DNA of 64,000 nt from the NCBI GenBank assembly GCA_000388065.2, contig KB932206.1; one strand, written 5' to 3'. The DNA comes from Fonticula alba ATCC 38817 (Eukaryota; Protista; Nucleariida). Every line of letters starts with the position of its first letter. The first letter of the stretch is position 1. Below are positions 34,498-46,717 of this stretch, one piece after another. The notes beneath the pieces were generated by a model, which was given only the letters and a program-made list of their open reading frames with translations, did not search any database and was not told the DNA's origin. A program made the position numbers and the translations under genes.

Positions 34498-35798
34498 ATG
34501 TCCGGCAAAGTCCTCGACATCCATCTTGATCACATCGACAAGACCTTCCAGGCTGGTGTTCGTTGACTCTGCTGTGTGCTCATACCGCTGCCCTTCGTCA
34601 GCCACTGACCACCTTCCCGCCCGTTGGCCACTGTCTCGCCCCCCCCCCCCCCCCCCCCCCCTGAACTCCAGTCACCTTGCCCCCCCCCATGCCGCCCCCC
34701 CCCCCCCCCCCCCCCCGCCAACCCCTCTGCAGGAGTGTGTCTCCGGCACCATCCTCATCGATGGCCGGAAGCGGTCCTCCCACAATGGCATTACTCTGAC
34801 TCTCAAGGGGACGGTGCTGATGAAGCACAGCTCCCGGAATACCGGGGCCTTTGAGGCTTTCTACAATTCGGTCCGGCCCATCGACCTGATCTTTCACACG
34901 CTGGAGCTGGCCCCAGCCGGCAAGCTGCCCTCCACCATCCTGGAGCTGCCTTTCTCCATCCCTCTGTTGCCGACAGCCGAGGAGTTCCCCTTGTACGAGA
35001 CCTACCACGGGGTTTTCGTCAGCATCCAGTACAACATCCGTGTTGATGTCAAGGGCCGGTCCTTCATGTCGGGTGACCTGTCCGAGACCATCGAGTTCCT
35101 GCTGGAGAATCCGGTACGCCCTTTTGCCGCTTGCCGTGTCGGGGCCCATCCTGGCTCTTGCGTTTGCCGTCACCCCTCCCTGACCGAGCTGCCCTGCTTT
35201 TCGGGGCCGTGCGTGGGCTTCCGGCTGCCATCTCCGCTGTCTGCCTCAGCCGCGTAACATCTCTTTCAAGCCCACCCCGGTGGACATTCTGATCAGCTCG
35301 AGTGCCATCGACTCGGTCAAGAAGGTACGCCCACTGGCTCTGCCTGTTCCGTCCTGGCGGCCATGCACTGACCTGTTCCTCCTTTGGGACAACCCGCCCG
35401 CCCCCTGGCCCTCCACCTCCCCGATGCTACAATGACATCGATCCTTCCTTTCCACGCCCCCTTTCTCCCTACACACACACACACACACGCACACGCACGC
35501 ACGCACCCAGGGGGCCAATGTCATCCCCAAGTTCAAGATCACCGGCAAGATTAATTCCACCCTCTGTCCCATCACTCGGCCCTTCTCCGGGGAGCTGGTG
35601 GTCGAGGAGATGGGCTCCAAGATCCGCACCATCGACCTGCAGCTGATCCGTGTGGAGACGTGCGGCTGTGCGGATGGCTTTTCGCGTGATGGTTCGTGCC
35701 TGTCTGCTGCCCTTTCTCCCCTCTCCCCCTCCCTAGCTGGGCAGGTCGTCCCTCGTTGTCGACTTTCCCCTCCCCGGGTCCTCTCGCAGTCACATTGC

Positions 35799-35838
<40 letters not shown>

Positions 35839-36112
35839 GCCTGGTAGATGCCCGCGCTTACATGCCCGCACAATGACACCCACAGCCACCGAAATTCAGA
35901 ATATCCAGATCTCCGAGGGCGACGTCCTGCGAAACTTCCCCATCCCCATCTACATGATCTTCCCGCGGCTGTTCACTTGCCCGACGGTGTCCTCGAAGAA
36001 CTTCAAGATCGAGTTCGAGGTTCTGATCAATGTGCAGCTGGAGAACAACCATGTCATCGCCGAGCGCTTCCCGATCAAGCTCATTCGCCTTGATGAGAAG
36101 GAGTCCTTCTAG
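34498..36112 (+). CDS. VPS26C: Retriever subunit VPS26C (DSCR3)
   Basis: Five exons encoding LDIHLDHIDKTF, SHNGITLTLKG, NTGAFEAFYNSVRPI, LYETYHGVFVSIQYNIRVDV, IDLQLIRVETCGCADGFSRDATEIQNIQISEGDV and IPIYMIFPRLFTCPT...FKIEFEV. These are diagnostic DSCR3 motifs. Confidence 0.97.
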
Positions 36113-36340
36113 GTGCCGATCGGCTGACTTTCCATCGACCCCCCCCCCTCCCCACCGGAGGAGCGATGTCTGGTCCAGACACGCCCCGGGGAGGCAGGAA
36201 GGGCCCCCTGCCCCCTGGCCTCCTCTCATGCAAATACACACAGAGACATATTTGTGAAATACATGGAAAGGAAGGCAATTTGCAGAAGGAGGAGGGGAGA
36301 GCAAAAAAAGAAAGAAGGCAGGCTCATCCCGCTGCCTGCT

Positions 36341-38531
36341 TCAAGTTGGCGAGTGCTTCGATGATGGCGCGACGCCGGACCGTGGCTGAAAGCAAACCGG
36401 CGTCCCGATGGCCTCATCATCATACAGGTTGAAGTCGGCCGACCAAACGGCCTCCAACGGGGAGGGGGATCCCGCGTGGCCACTCGGCATTAGATCCGCA
36501 GCAGCCAGGCTGCCTGCCACTCGGGGCCGCTTGGTGGCAGGACCATCCCTCCCGAACTGCGAGGGGGGGATGCGAGGCGCAGGCGGTGTCAGTCAAGGGG
36601 AGGGGGGCAACGGCAAAGAAGCAGCGGGGAGGATCCCAAAGCGTGTCAAGAAGAAGCTCCATGTTTTTGTGTCTGTGTCGGGGTCTGCGTCTGCATCTGC
36701 GTCTGCGTCTGGGTGTGGCACGCACGTCGCACACAAGCAGCTTGGTGTCGGCCACAAGCGCTGCCATGCGCTCGACCAGGCCAGCCTGGCGAGCTCGATG
36801 CCACTGGCGGAATGCCTCGACGCTCAGGACATCGGCGCTGGGATGCTCAGCCCCGAGGGGCGCCTGGCCCATCGGCACGGCACGGTCGTCGGTGATGGAG
36901 ATCCAACGCCACCCGGAGCGCGAGGCAGTCAGCCGCTCAAAGTCCTCCTCCAGGAGAATCGCCGGGCTCGAGTCATCCGGCCGTCGGGCCAGGAGCAGCT
37001 CCGGCCGCGCGGAGGGGCTTGCCGGTTCGTGGAAAAGAGGCACCAGGCAGCTGACCAAGACGCCGCTCGATCGATCGGCCAGAACCAGGGGCAGCGCCCG
37101 TGGCTGAAATCGGCTCCCCGACGGGACGACTGCCAGGGGAAAAGGAGCAAACACAAGGGGGGGGGAATGAGAAAAAGGCGGCTCGGGACAGGGCGCGCAA
37201 GCAGGGGCGCAAGGAGGGCCATTCGTACGGAGAGGGACTTCCCGACAGGGCCACGCGCCAGCCGGCGGCAGAACCACGGCCAGCAGGGGGCTCGGGGGAT
37301 CCACCGGGGTCACACTCAGCCCAATGAAGCCCCCGGTGAGGGTGGTCAGGGTGATTTCCGAGGGGGGATTCTCGGCCTGGGGCCAGGCCCGGGAGGGCTC
37401 TTGGGCCAGTGGGCGGGCGATGGCCGCTAGGTGGGCCAGGTCCAGCAGTCGTGGTGCTGTGGCGGCCGGCCGGCCATCCGCGGGCAGATGCCACACAAGT
37501 GCCACCCGGCGGGCGGTCGACAGCAGGGCCAGAAGCCGGTCGCCGGAGCTGGTGCGGGGATCAGGGGGGCCTGTCGCGAGGCGGAACCCGGCCCGGTCCG
37601 GCAGCCCGCCCTGGCAGGGGGCGACCGTGTCCGCATCGAGGCCCAGCCGTGTGGCAAGCCCCGGCGGCCAGATCGCCCGGGCTGTGTCGCCACTGACCAG
37701 GGCCCCGAGCCAGGTGGCGCGGCCTGCATCCGGGCTGCCGGGCCCCTCCCGGCCCAAGTGGACCCCCTGCAGCAGGACATCGAGTCCAGAGGGGGGCCCT
37801 GACGGGGGAAGGAGCAGGCTCAGAACTCGCACCTGCTGGAGGGCGGGCTCCAGCCAGGCCCCGACTGGCAGGGGGGTGCGAGGGCCTCTTTGCCAGGCAG
37901 GATCCGGCCATGCCAGACGGGCAGCACCACTCGGCGTGACTGGATCCCCGGACCCGGAGCATGCGCATGTCGCGGTGGCCGTCCCCATGTCGGCCAGCAA
38001 ATCAAACACCAGGAGGCTCCCGTGCGGGACGCACCACATCACCGCACGCGGCCCGGCGACAAGGCTGAGCAGCCGCAAATCATGCGGCCCCTGGTCAGGC
38101 ATGCCCGGAGATGCGGCCCCACAACAGGAGGACCCGAGGGCCCGCTCCAGCAGGACCCCATGTCGCCAAGTTTCCGGATCGGGCCCAGTGGCCATCAGAA
38201 AGAAGTGGCCTCGTTGTTGGCGGCTCGCCCACGCAGCCACAAGCACCGGCTCGCCAGCCAAGCCGTCCGAGAGAAGGGCATGCCGGGCAAGGCTCCACTC
38301 ATGGGAGAGGACCCTCGGGCACAGGGGCCTAGAGGCTGGGAGATCGCCAGGCCCGGTTGCCTCGGGGATGATTTGCAAGCGCCAGGGCGCGGGATCGCCG
38401 GGAACCGGGGGGGGCCGCTCCAGGGCCACCAGGGCCCCGGGTCCGGGCGAGAGAGGCAGCAAAATCATGGCCAAGCCCCCGGCGGTCGAGCGAAGCCAAA
38501 TGTGCCAAGGCGTAGCAGGATCGGTGCGCAC
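36341..38531 (-). CDS. Hypothetical protein with possible beta-propeller-like strands; start uncertain (may extend to about 38850)
   Basis: A 703-codon ORF with hydrophobic beta-strand-like segments (HFFLMA, LLVFDL, RVALVWHL, ITLTTLTGGFIGLSV). A GTGCGT donor follows LLVCD, and a probable last exon ends ...SSKHSPT* at 36341. No family recognised. Confidence 0.65.
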
Positions 38532-39001
38532 TCTCGAGTCGGTGAATCCAACAAGAAGGGGAAGGAAGGAGGAGGGAGCGAGGGAGGGGGAGCGAGGGAG
38601 GGGAGGGGGAGCGAGGGGGGAGCGAGGGGGGAGCGAGGGGGAGGGCCGCGGGCGGGGAAGGCTGGGACTCCTCCTGCCCGCCGGAGGGGCAGATCAGCCC
38701 GTGGCGCCCTCTCATCAAGCCAGCGCAGATCCGTTGGCACGCGAGCCCCGATACCGGGCCGATCGGGCCGCATCCTGCCGACGGGCGTTTCCTTGCTGTT
38801 TGATTTCCTCCTCCCCCACCCGGCGCACGCCATCAACGCGGTGTGACAGATGCCATGTCGTTTGAGAGTCAGGCCGGGGCCGGGGCCGGGGCCGGGGCTG
38901 GGGCCGGGGCCGGGCCGGGGGGGGGGGCGGAGACATCAGGGGGTGGCGCCCGCATTCGTCGGTCCTCCCGCCAGCGGGAAGGACCCGATAGATGGAGAGC
39001 C

Positions 39002-39009
39002 TATTTAAA
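39002..39009 (+). promoter_or_regulatory. TATA-like element in the divergent intergenic region upstream of FAR
   Basis: TATTTAAA is a rare AT-rich island in otherwise GC-rich DNA. Support is positional only. Confidence 0.25.
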
Positions 39010-39621
39010 TTCCAGATTTCCCGGCCGCGGGAAGAGAGATCTTGGGGCGGGCCATGGGAGCGGAGACCCCTTTTTTAGGGCCGGCTGACCGGGGGGGGGG
39101 GGGCAAGCGAGCCGGCAGGTTCGAGTCACCCGGGACCCATTTAAGAGGCACCCCCACTCGCGCGCAGAAATGGAAGAGAAGGACCGAGAGGAAGACACCG
39201 ATCGGGGGCCCGTATTTTCCTCTTTGGGTGATGGTCTGTCCTCGGGCTCTCCACCCGGCAGCTAGCGGCGTCCCCTGGGAGTCGTGTGTGTGTGTGTGTG
39301 TGTGCATGGGGGGAGGGGAAACAGGGCGGGGAGTTCTCTTCCGCCTGAGTGAGCGGCCACCAGGTGTCACCTACGGGCGCCACTGCGCCAGCGGGACCCC
39401 GGGGCTCCGGCTTGGTCGGGCCCCGGCCGGCGAAGCACCCCCCTGGTAGGCTTTCCGCCCTTTTTGGCCTCCCTCTCTCGCTGCCTCCGAGGGCGCCGGA
39501 GGTCCGTCTAGACTTTCTCGCCCCCTTTGTCTCTTCTGCCCTCTTTTCACCCCACCCCGCTCTCCCATCCATTGTATTCTTCCCTCTCCCCCTCTCTCCC
39601 CCCTCCCCCTCNNNNNNNNNN

Positions 39622-40050
39622 AGCATCGGTGCCTACACTCCCTTCACCACCCACGCGTGGACCTGGGACGCCGGCAATGTCGCCGCCCTGGCGGCTGCCA
39701 TGTCCCCGGAGGATCGCGAGAACTTCAACTTCGATGCCGCCACCATCGACTGGCCCACCTACATCTTCAACTACTACCTCGGCACCGAGCGCTTCATCCC
39801 TGCCTCCCTGCCTGGGAACCCCGCTCGCAACCGCGTGCTCAGCTGGCTGCTGGTGGCCTCTTTCTACACGGTGCAGTTCTTCGCCGCGGTCTTCCTCTTC
39901 TACTATGTCTTTGGGGAGCGCATTCAGAACCAGCTCTTCGGCGAGGATAGCATCCTTTCGCCGCTCGAGCAGCCGGCCATCATCGAGCTTGAGGACGACT
40001 TTGCCGGGGGCATGGCCGCCGGTGGCTCTCCTATTGCCGGTGACCTGTAA
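39622..40050 (+). CDS. FAR: Fatty acyl-CoA reductase, C-terminal (FAR-C/Sterile) domain plus TM anchor; 5' part missing at the gap
   Basis: YTPFTTHAWTWDAGNVAALAAAMSPEDRENFNFDAATIDWPTYIFNYYLGTERF matches the FAR-C pattern YFxxxxWxFxxxN..MSxEDRxxFxFDxxxIDWxxY. A hydrophobic helix follows (VLSWLLVASFYTVQFFAAVFLFYYVF). The frame starts immediately after a 10-N gap. Confidence 0.85.
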   Translation, partial: SIGAYTPFTTHAWTWDAGNVAALAAAMSPEDRENFNFDAATIDWPTYIFNYYLGTERFIPASLPGNPARNRVLSWLLVASFYTVQFFAAVFLFYYVFGERIQNQLFGEDSILSPLEQPAIIELEDDFAGGMAAGGSPIAGDL

Positions 40051-40059
40051 GGTAGCCAC

Positions 40060-40117
<58 letters not shown>

Positions 40118-40469
40118 CTCACACAGCGCGCAGAGAAGAAGGACGGGCGCGCGCACGCGCGCGCCCCCCTGTGCTTCGCTTAGATATTCCGCACATGTTG
40201 GCCCCCGCTCTTCCTCCTCCTCCTCTCCTCTCTTCCCCCTCGGCGCTCTCACCGCACCCTGCCCCGGTGCGCGATGTCGTAAATACGAAAGACGACTTCA
40301 AAAGTCCCCCTCGCGCGCGCCGAGAGACGAGCGCCCACACACAAGAGAAAGAGACCGAGAGAGTGACCCTCCTCGCTGGCCCCCTGTCTCCATATAGTGC
40401 GCGGCCTAGGGGGGCATGTGCTGTACAAGAAGCCCCCCCCTTCCCCCCCCTTCTCGGCACCAGTGTGGG

Positions 40470-43400
40470 ATGTCTCACTACATCACCACCACCCCCCTGA
40501 TGGGGGCCTCCTCCGGGCCGGCCGGCGCCAAGCCCAGCCCACCGTCGGACCCGCTTGGCCAGCTGGTGTCCGGCCTGTCCACGCACTCGCCCTTCCGCAC
40601 CGGGTCGGTCCTGTCCCGAGGGATGATCCTCAAGGCCGATCGCCACTTCACGGCTCCCGGCGCACCGGACCAGCCGACCCTGGCTCCGGAGGCGGGCGGG
40701 TCCACCTCGCTGTCGCTGCCGCGGCATCTGCTCTCCGGCTCGGGCGGGGCGCCCGGTCATCCGCTCATCCCCGGGGCTCCGCTCTTCCGGCGCATCGGCG
40801 GCTTGCCGCTGTCGTCCTCCTCGCTGGCTGGCAGTCCGGCCCCGGTGGAGGACTCGCGCTTTGACATCTACGCCTCGGCCCAGCCAGATGTCGAGGGTCT
40901 GGGTGCGTTTCGGTGGCCGGTCTCCCCCGGCCCGGGATGCTGGTCCTCCGCCTGGGCTGCCTTACTTACTTGCTTTGCGCTCGGTCCTCGCCTTCCTGGC
41001 CATCGGGGCCCTTTGCCGGCTCTCCCGCCACAGAGACCGTTCTGTCGATCCTCGGCAGCGGGGCTGCCTCCGAGCCGAGCGCCCGCCGGCGCTGTGTCTG
41101 GGTCTCCACCCGCCAAGAGCCCATCGTCTACATCAACGGCCGGCCGTATGTCCTCCGCGAGGAGGCGGCGCCGCAGCGCGACACCCGGCGCTTCGCCGGG
41201 GTCGCCGCATCCCGGCTCGATGGCATTGAGCGCCGCCTGCGCGATGACTGTCTCAGCGAGTCGTCCATGTGGCACCACTACCAGACCCGCCCGACGGATG
41301 GCCGCCATGGGGCTGTCGCGTCGTCCTCCTCCTCCTCCTCGTCGGACACTTCCTCCAGCACCAGCCTCAGCGACTCGTCGACCCTCGACCTGCCCGGCCG
41401 CAGCCATCCCGGCGGGCTGATCCTTGTGCACGAGGAGATTGGTGCGTGCCGTGGGTCCTCCCGGTGCCCTCCTCCCGCCGGCTGTCCGACATACGTCTCC
41501 TAACTTCTCCCCATGCTCTCCGGCCGCCTGCTTGCGTGCATTTTCCCCGCCCAGACGGGCGCATTATTGCCTGCTGGATCTACGCCCGCGAGATCCTCAC
41601 CCCCTCGGAGATGTTTGCCTCGGTCCGGTGCGTCGCCCCCCCCCCCCCCTCCTCCGCATGTGTGGCGCCGTCTCCTGTCGGTTGCTCGCCCAGTCTCCGT
41701 CTGACCCGCGGCCCTTGGCAGTGCTCGGAACTTTGACATCCACCTGGAGCGCGTCCCGGTGACGGCCGGACGCGCACCGGACACACGCGGCCTCGATCGT
41801 CTGGCGTCCATCGTGCTGGATCCCCGCCGTGGGGGATCCTCCTTCCCCGCCTCGCGTCCCCCCTCGCCCACTTCGCACCAGCGCCCCTCGCCGTTGGTCT
41901 CTTCCCCGATGGACTCGAACGATGGCATGCCCCCGGCTTCTGTATCCGACCTCCCGGCGGTCTTGATCTTCAGCTGCCAGTCCGGCGCCGGGCGTTGTGC
42001 GTAGCCTCCTCTGTCAAGTCACCCCCGCCTGCCCCCTGCCCTACTCCCTGTTTCGTGCCCTCGACCGGCATATGTCCCGCTGACGCCTCTTCCCATGGCT
42101 TTGTCCAGCCTCCATGCTCATGGCCCTGGCGTGGATCCTCCGGTCGGCCTACATCGTTGGCGAGCCCTTCTTCAGTCAGCCGGCCATGTATGGCACCCAG
42201 TCGCTGGGCATGACGCGTCGACAGCTACACCAGCTGGCGGCCAGCAGCCCGGCCGCCGGGCCGGCCCCCACCTCGCGCGATCAGCTCATCCTCCGGCTGT
42301 TGGCCCTGGCCAACCGCCAGGGCGGCCCGCCCGGCTGGGCGCAGATGCTGCTCGCCACGCCCGGAGTCATTGATCGGCTGTTGGCGGCCCTCGGCGGGGA
42401 GTACGCCGTGGCGCGAGACCTGATCGCCGCGCTGGCCTTCGATGGCCCCCCCTGCAAGGCGGTCATCGATTCGGCGCTGGACCACTGCTCCGCGCGGGTG
42501 CACTTGCGGGAGGCCATCCTGGATGCCCGGCTGGCGGCGGCTTCACATGCGGCCACTGTCCAGGCCCAGCGGCGGCTGGCCCGGCTGGCTGCCTCCTCGC
42601 ACTTGGAGCTTTCCGAGTCCCGGCGGTACTTCTACGGCGGCGGTGGCGATGGCGATGTCCTGGGCAGCGAGCTGGCTGCCCCCGGGGACCGGCGGCTGCT
42701 GGGCCCGGCCAGCCTTGGCCTGGAGGACGACGACTTTGGCGAGGAGGCGCGCCTGGGCCCGGCCACGCGCGACCTCTTCCGCTACCTGTCATTGATCCCC
42801 TTCTCGGCGTATGTGCTGCACCACTCGCGCGGGGGGTTCCAACAGTTGTTGGCTTTCCTCGGGAGCTCGCCCTTCCCGGCGGTGCCCGGGTCCCCGGCCG
42901 GGCCGGCTTCCTATGGCCTCTGGCTGGAGCAGCGCCCGGAGCTGCTGTCCATTTTGTTGAAGGTCCGCCGCCGGTCCCCTGCCAGCCAGAACTTCAGCCC
43001 CATCGACACTCTGCGGCTGCCTGGTCCGGTGGGTGCGCCAGTTCCGGCGCATCTGGCCGGCCATCCTGGTGCCACAACCACCGCGATGGATCTCTTCGTC
43101 AGTGTACGTGCCTGGCTGCCTGGCTGTTTGCCTTTTGGTCTGGAGTCGCGTGTTCTTCCCCCCGCCGGGCATGTTCCCATCTTTGCGACTCGCTGACTGG
43201 ACTGGCATCGGTCTCTTCTTCCTCCTGCCCTCGCCTGCCCGCCTCCCTTCGGAACATGGGGACCCAGGCCCGCTCTGGAGTGGTTCTAGCCTGCCACACG
43301 ATCCTCAAGCCGGACACCTGGACTGCGGCCAAGCAGCGCTCCGCCACCGGCCAGAGCTTGTCACGCAATGCCTCGGGCGAGCTCCTGTCCCCGGATGATG

Positions 43401-44679
43401 TGACCGAGCCCGACATTTCCAAGGACAGCTTGCCGGAATCCGGCATCGATGTCCTCTGCGGCGGGGTCCTCGGGGATCCGGCCGACTCGATGACCACCCT
43501 GGATTTGGCACGGCGCCATCGCCGGGGGTCCCTTTCGCGGCGGGCTTCCTTGGACTCCGATGCCGCCGTGCCCCCGGCCGGCCAGGCCGGCTCCGACGCC
43601 CGGGCCACCGTCACCACCATCTTCGATGGCGACACCCTGGATTTGGAGGAGGACCACTCGGAGAGCTGCCTGCCGGGCCTGATGACCAATAGCCTCCTGG
43701 GCAGCCAAGGGCGTCCGTCGGCCGGTGGGCCCCAGCGTTGCGAGTATCGCCGCATGCCGGGTGTCGGTCTGCCAGTACGTTGGGTCTCCTTTTGCCTCGC
43801 CCCCCCCCCCCTCCCCCCCCGTCCCGGCGCGGCCTGGTGTTTCTTCCTTCCCCCTTTCCCCGCCTCCTCCTCCCCCGCAGCGAGTACCACCTGACATGGG
43901 CCATCGTTTGGCGCCCCTCCTTCTCCCCCCCCCCCCCCCCCCCCTCCCCCCGGCAGATCTACGCCGTGCCACAGCCATCTGCCAGTGAGATCCGCCGCGT
44001 GGTGGAGGCCGTGAAGCAGGAGCTCCTGGCGCAGCACCCGCCGACCGGGGCCACCCCCCTGGCGGCCGATGCGCATGCTGCTCAATTGGTTGTTCAGGCC
44101 GATACCTCCCTGCTGTGGGTGAATTTGCGCGAGGAGCCCGTGGTCTACATTAATGGCGTGCCATTTGTCGTTCGTGATGCCGATGCCTCCTTCGGTGTCC
44201 GGGCCGATCCTTCGCGTGGCCGGTCCTTCCGCGGCATCTCCGGCGACCGGTGCGTTGTGCCCTCCAGGCGGCCCCTCCTCCTGGCATCCGCGGGCCCCGG
44301 CTAACTTGCGTTCCTCCCAGCCTCGAGCAGATTGAACTTTGCCTCAAGGTCGACGTGCAGAAGGAGGCCCACAACAATGGCAACCGAGTGCTCATTCACT
44401 CGGAGAAGAATGTCCGTGCCATCAGCTTCTGGGGTCCTTCTTTTCTTTGGCCCCCACCCTCCCTTCCTTTGATGTCTCCCTGCCTCGTGAAGCTGACTCT
44501 CGGGCGGTGTTTTTTTTCCTGTTCCTTGACAAATCCAGGGCGAGCTGGCCCCCGAGTGGGTGGACATCCAAGCCGTTCAGACCCCGCGCGAGGTGTTTGC
44601 TGCTTTCTCCGAGTCGGTGCGTCTGGCCTCGCCTCCCTGCTTTCCCTTTGGCCCTTCCCTGCCGCTGACCGAGTCCATC

Positions 44680-44717
<38 letters not shown>

Positions 44718-44871
44718 NNNNNNNNNNNNNNNNNNNNNNNNNNNNNNNNNNNNNNNNNNNNNNNNNNNNNNNNNNNNNNNNNNNNNNNNNNNNNNNNNNN
44801 NNNNNNNNNNNNNNNNNNNNNNNNNNNNNNNNNNNNNNNNNNNNNNNNNNNNNNNNNNNNNNNNNNNNNNN

Positions 44872-44911
<40 letters not shown>

Positions 44912-45555
44912 TTCTCTTTTTTTGCCCTCCCTCTCTCTTTCTCTCTTTCGCTCGCGCGCTCTCTCCCACTCTCACCCTCCCTCCTTCCCTCCCTCCCTCT
45001 CGCTCTCCCTCCCTCTCCCACTCTCTCCCTCCCTCCCCCCTCTCGCTCTCCCTCCCCCTCTCCCTCCCCCCCTCTCCCTCCCCTCTGCCCTCTCGCTCTC
45101 CCTCCCCCTCTCGCTCTCCCTCCCCCTCCCCCTCCCCCTCCCCCTCTCGCTCTCCCTTCTTTAGAGCACCCTCCCCATCACGTATCATCGCATTCCCCTG
45201 CCGCATGGTCGGACCCCGAGCCCGGCCGAGTATGATGCTCTGCTGCAGGCCATTCAGTGCGGGTATCAGCCGATGACGCCAACGGCGTCCGGCGCCCCGG
45301 CGCTCCCGCCCCGGCCCGTGGTCTTCAACTGCCAAATGGGCCGCGCCCGGTCGACCCTGGCCTGTGTCATCTCTCGATTGATCCGTGACTCGTGCGATCC
45401 GACCATGGCTCAGCGCTCTGACGACCTGTCCTACGGTACGGCGTTGCCCGTTCTGCCGGCATCTGTTTGTCTGTTCGCCTGTCTCGGTCTCGGTTTGCTT
45501 GTATCTGTCTGCCTGGAGGCGGGGCATGGGGATAGTCTGTATCCCTTCCCTAAGC

Positions 45556-45611
<56 letters not shown>

Positions 45612-46682
45612 TGTACCCCCTGCTGCCCCGGCTGACGCTGTATCTTTATCCGCTCCACCCCCGGCCACTGGGCATAGCCATCCCCGAGAAGCAATTCCCC
45701 CTGATCCTGGCGCTGGTCCGGGCGGCCGGCGGTCTCGGGCTCCTGGCCCAAGCCCACGTGGACCGTGCCATTGATGATGCGGCTTCCTGCGGGGGATTCC
45801 ACATCCGCAGCGCCATCCGCGATCTGGCCCAGCGCGCGGCCAACATCCTGTCCCTGCAGACCGAGCAGCTGGCGGAGCTCCCGGCCACCGGTGGTCTGCC
45901 TCAGGCATCAGGCCGCATCAAGGGCCTGCAGCAGACGTACCAACGGGCCACAAGTGCAGCCATCTCGGCCCTTGTCCGGTACTACAACCTGATTGTCTTC
46001 GAGGTGTATCTGCTGGATTGCCAGCTCCGCCGGCGGAAGGGCGGCCCCCGGGCCGAATCGCCAGTGGACCAAAGCCCGGGGCCGCTTGACTCGAGCGGTC
46101 TGCCTGACGGGACCACCGTGCCCACCTTCTCCGAGTGGACTGCCAGCCATCCGGAGTTTGCGGCTTTGGTGCGCCGATCTCCCCCCTCCCCCCCCACCCC
46201 CCCCACAGCCCCCCTTTTCTCTGGGGTCCTGCTTGATCAGCCAGCCTCCTCCCTCGACCCTCCGTCTCTCCCATTCGCTGTGATTGACACCTGCTCCTTG
46301 CCACCTGCTCCTTGCTACTGGCGGCCTGTCTGAATGCGCTGGCGCTTGCCCGTTCAGCTTGAGGGCATTTACGAAGAAAGCAATGCCGCGGACAGCGTGC
46401 TCACCCCGCTGGCCGCTTACAATGCCGAGGAGTCTGCCCTGTCTACCTCCTCCCTGCCGGATCCCGAGATGAAGGAGCCAGTTAACCAGCGTCGCTTTGG
46501 CTCCGGTGCGTAGTTGTCCATCCCCTGCCCGATTTTTCCGTCCTCCTCCCCCCTCTCCCGGTGCTGCGACCTGCCCACTCCCAGGGGCATACATGAATGC
46601 CCTTTTCTTCCGCCGTTGGATATCCTTGCAAAGCCCGGTGGCACTGACTTGCCTCTCTTTCCCGCCCGCCCTCCCTCTCCCT

Positions 46683-46717
<35 letters not shown>

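Noticed and set aside
39112-39140. GCAGGTTCGAGTC resembling a tRNA T-loop or Pol III B-box
   Set aside because: The T-stem does not pair (gcagg versus caccc), and no acceptor stem, A-box or cloverleaf can be built.
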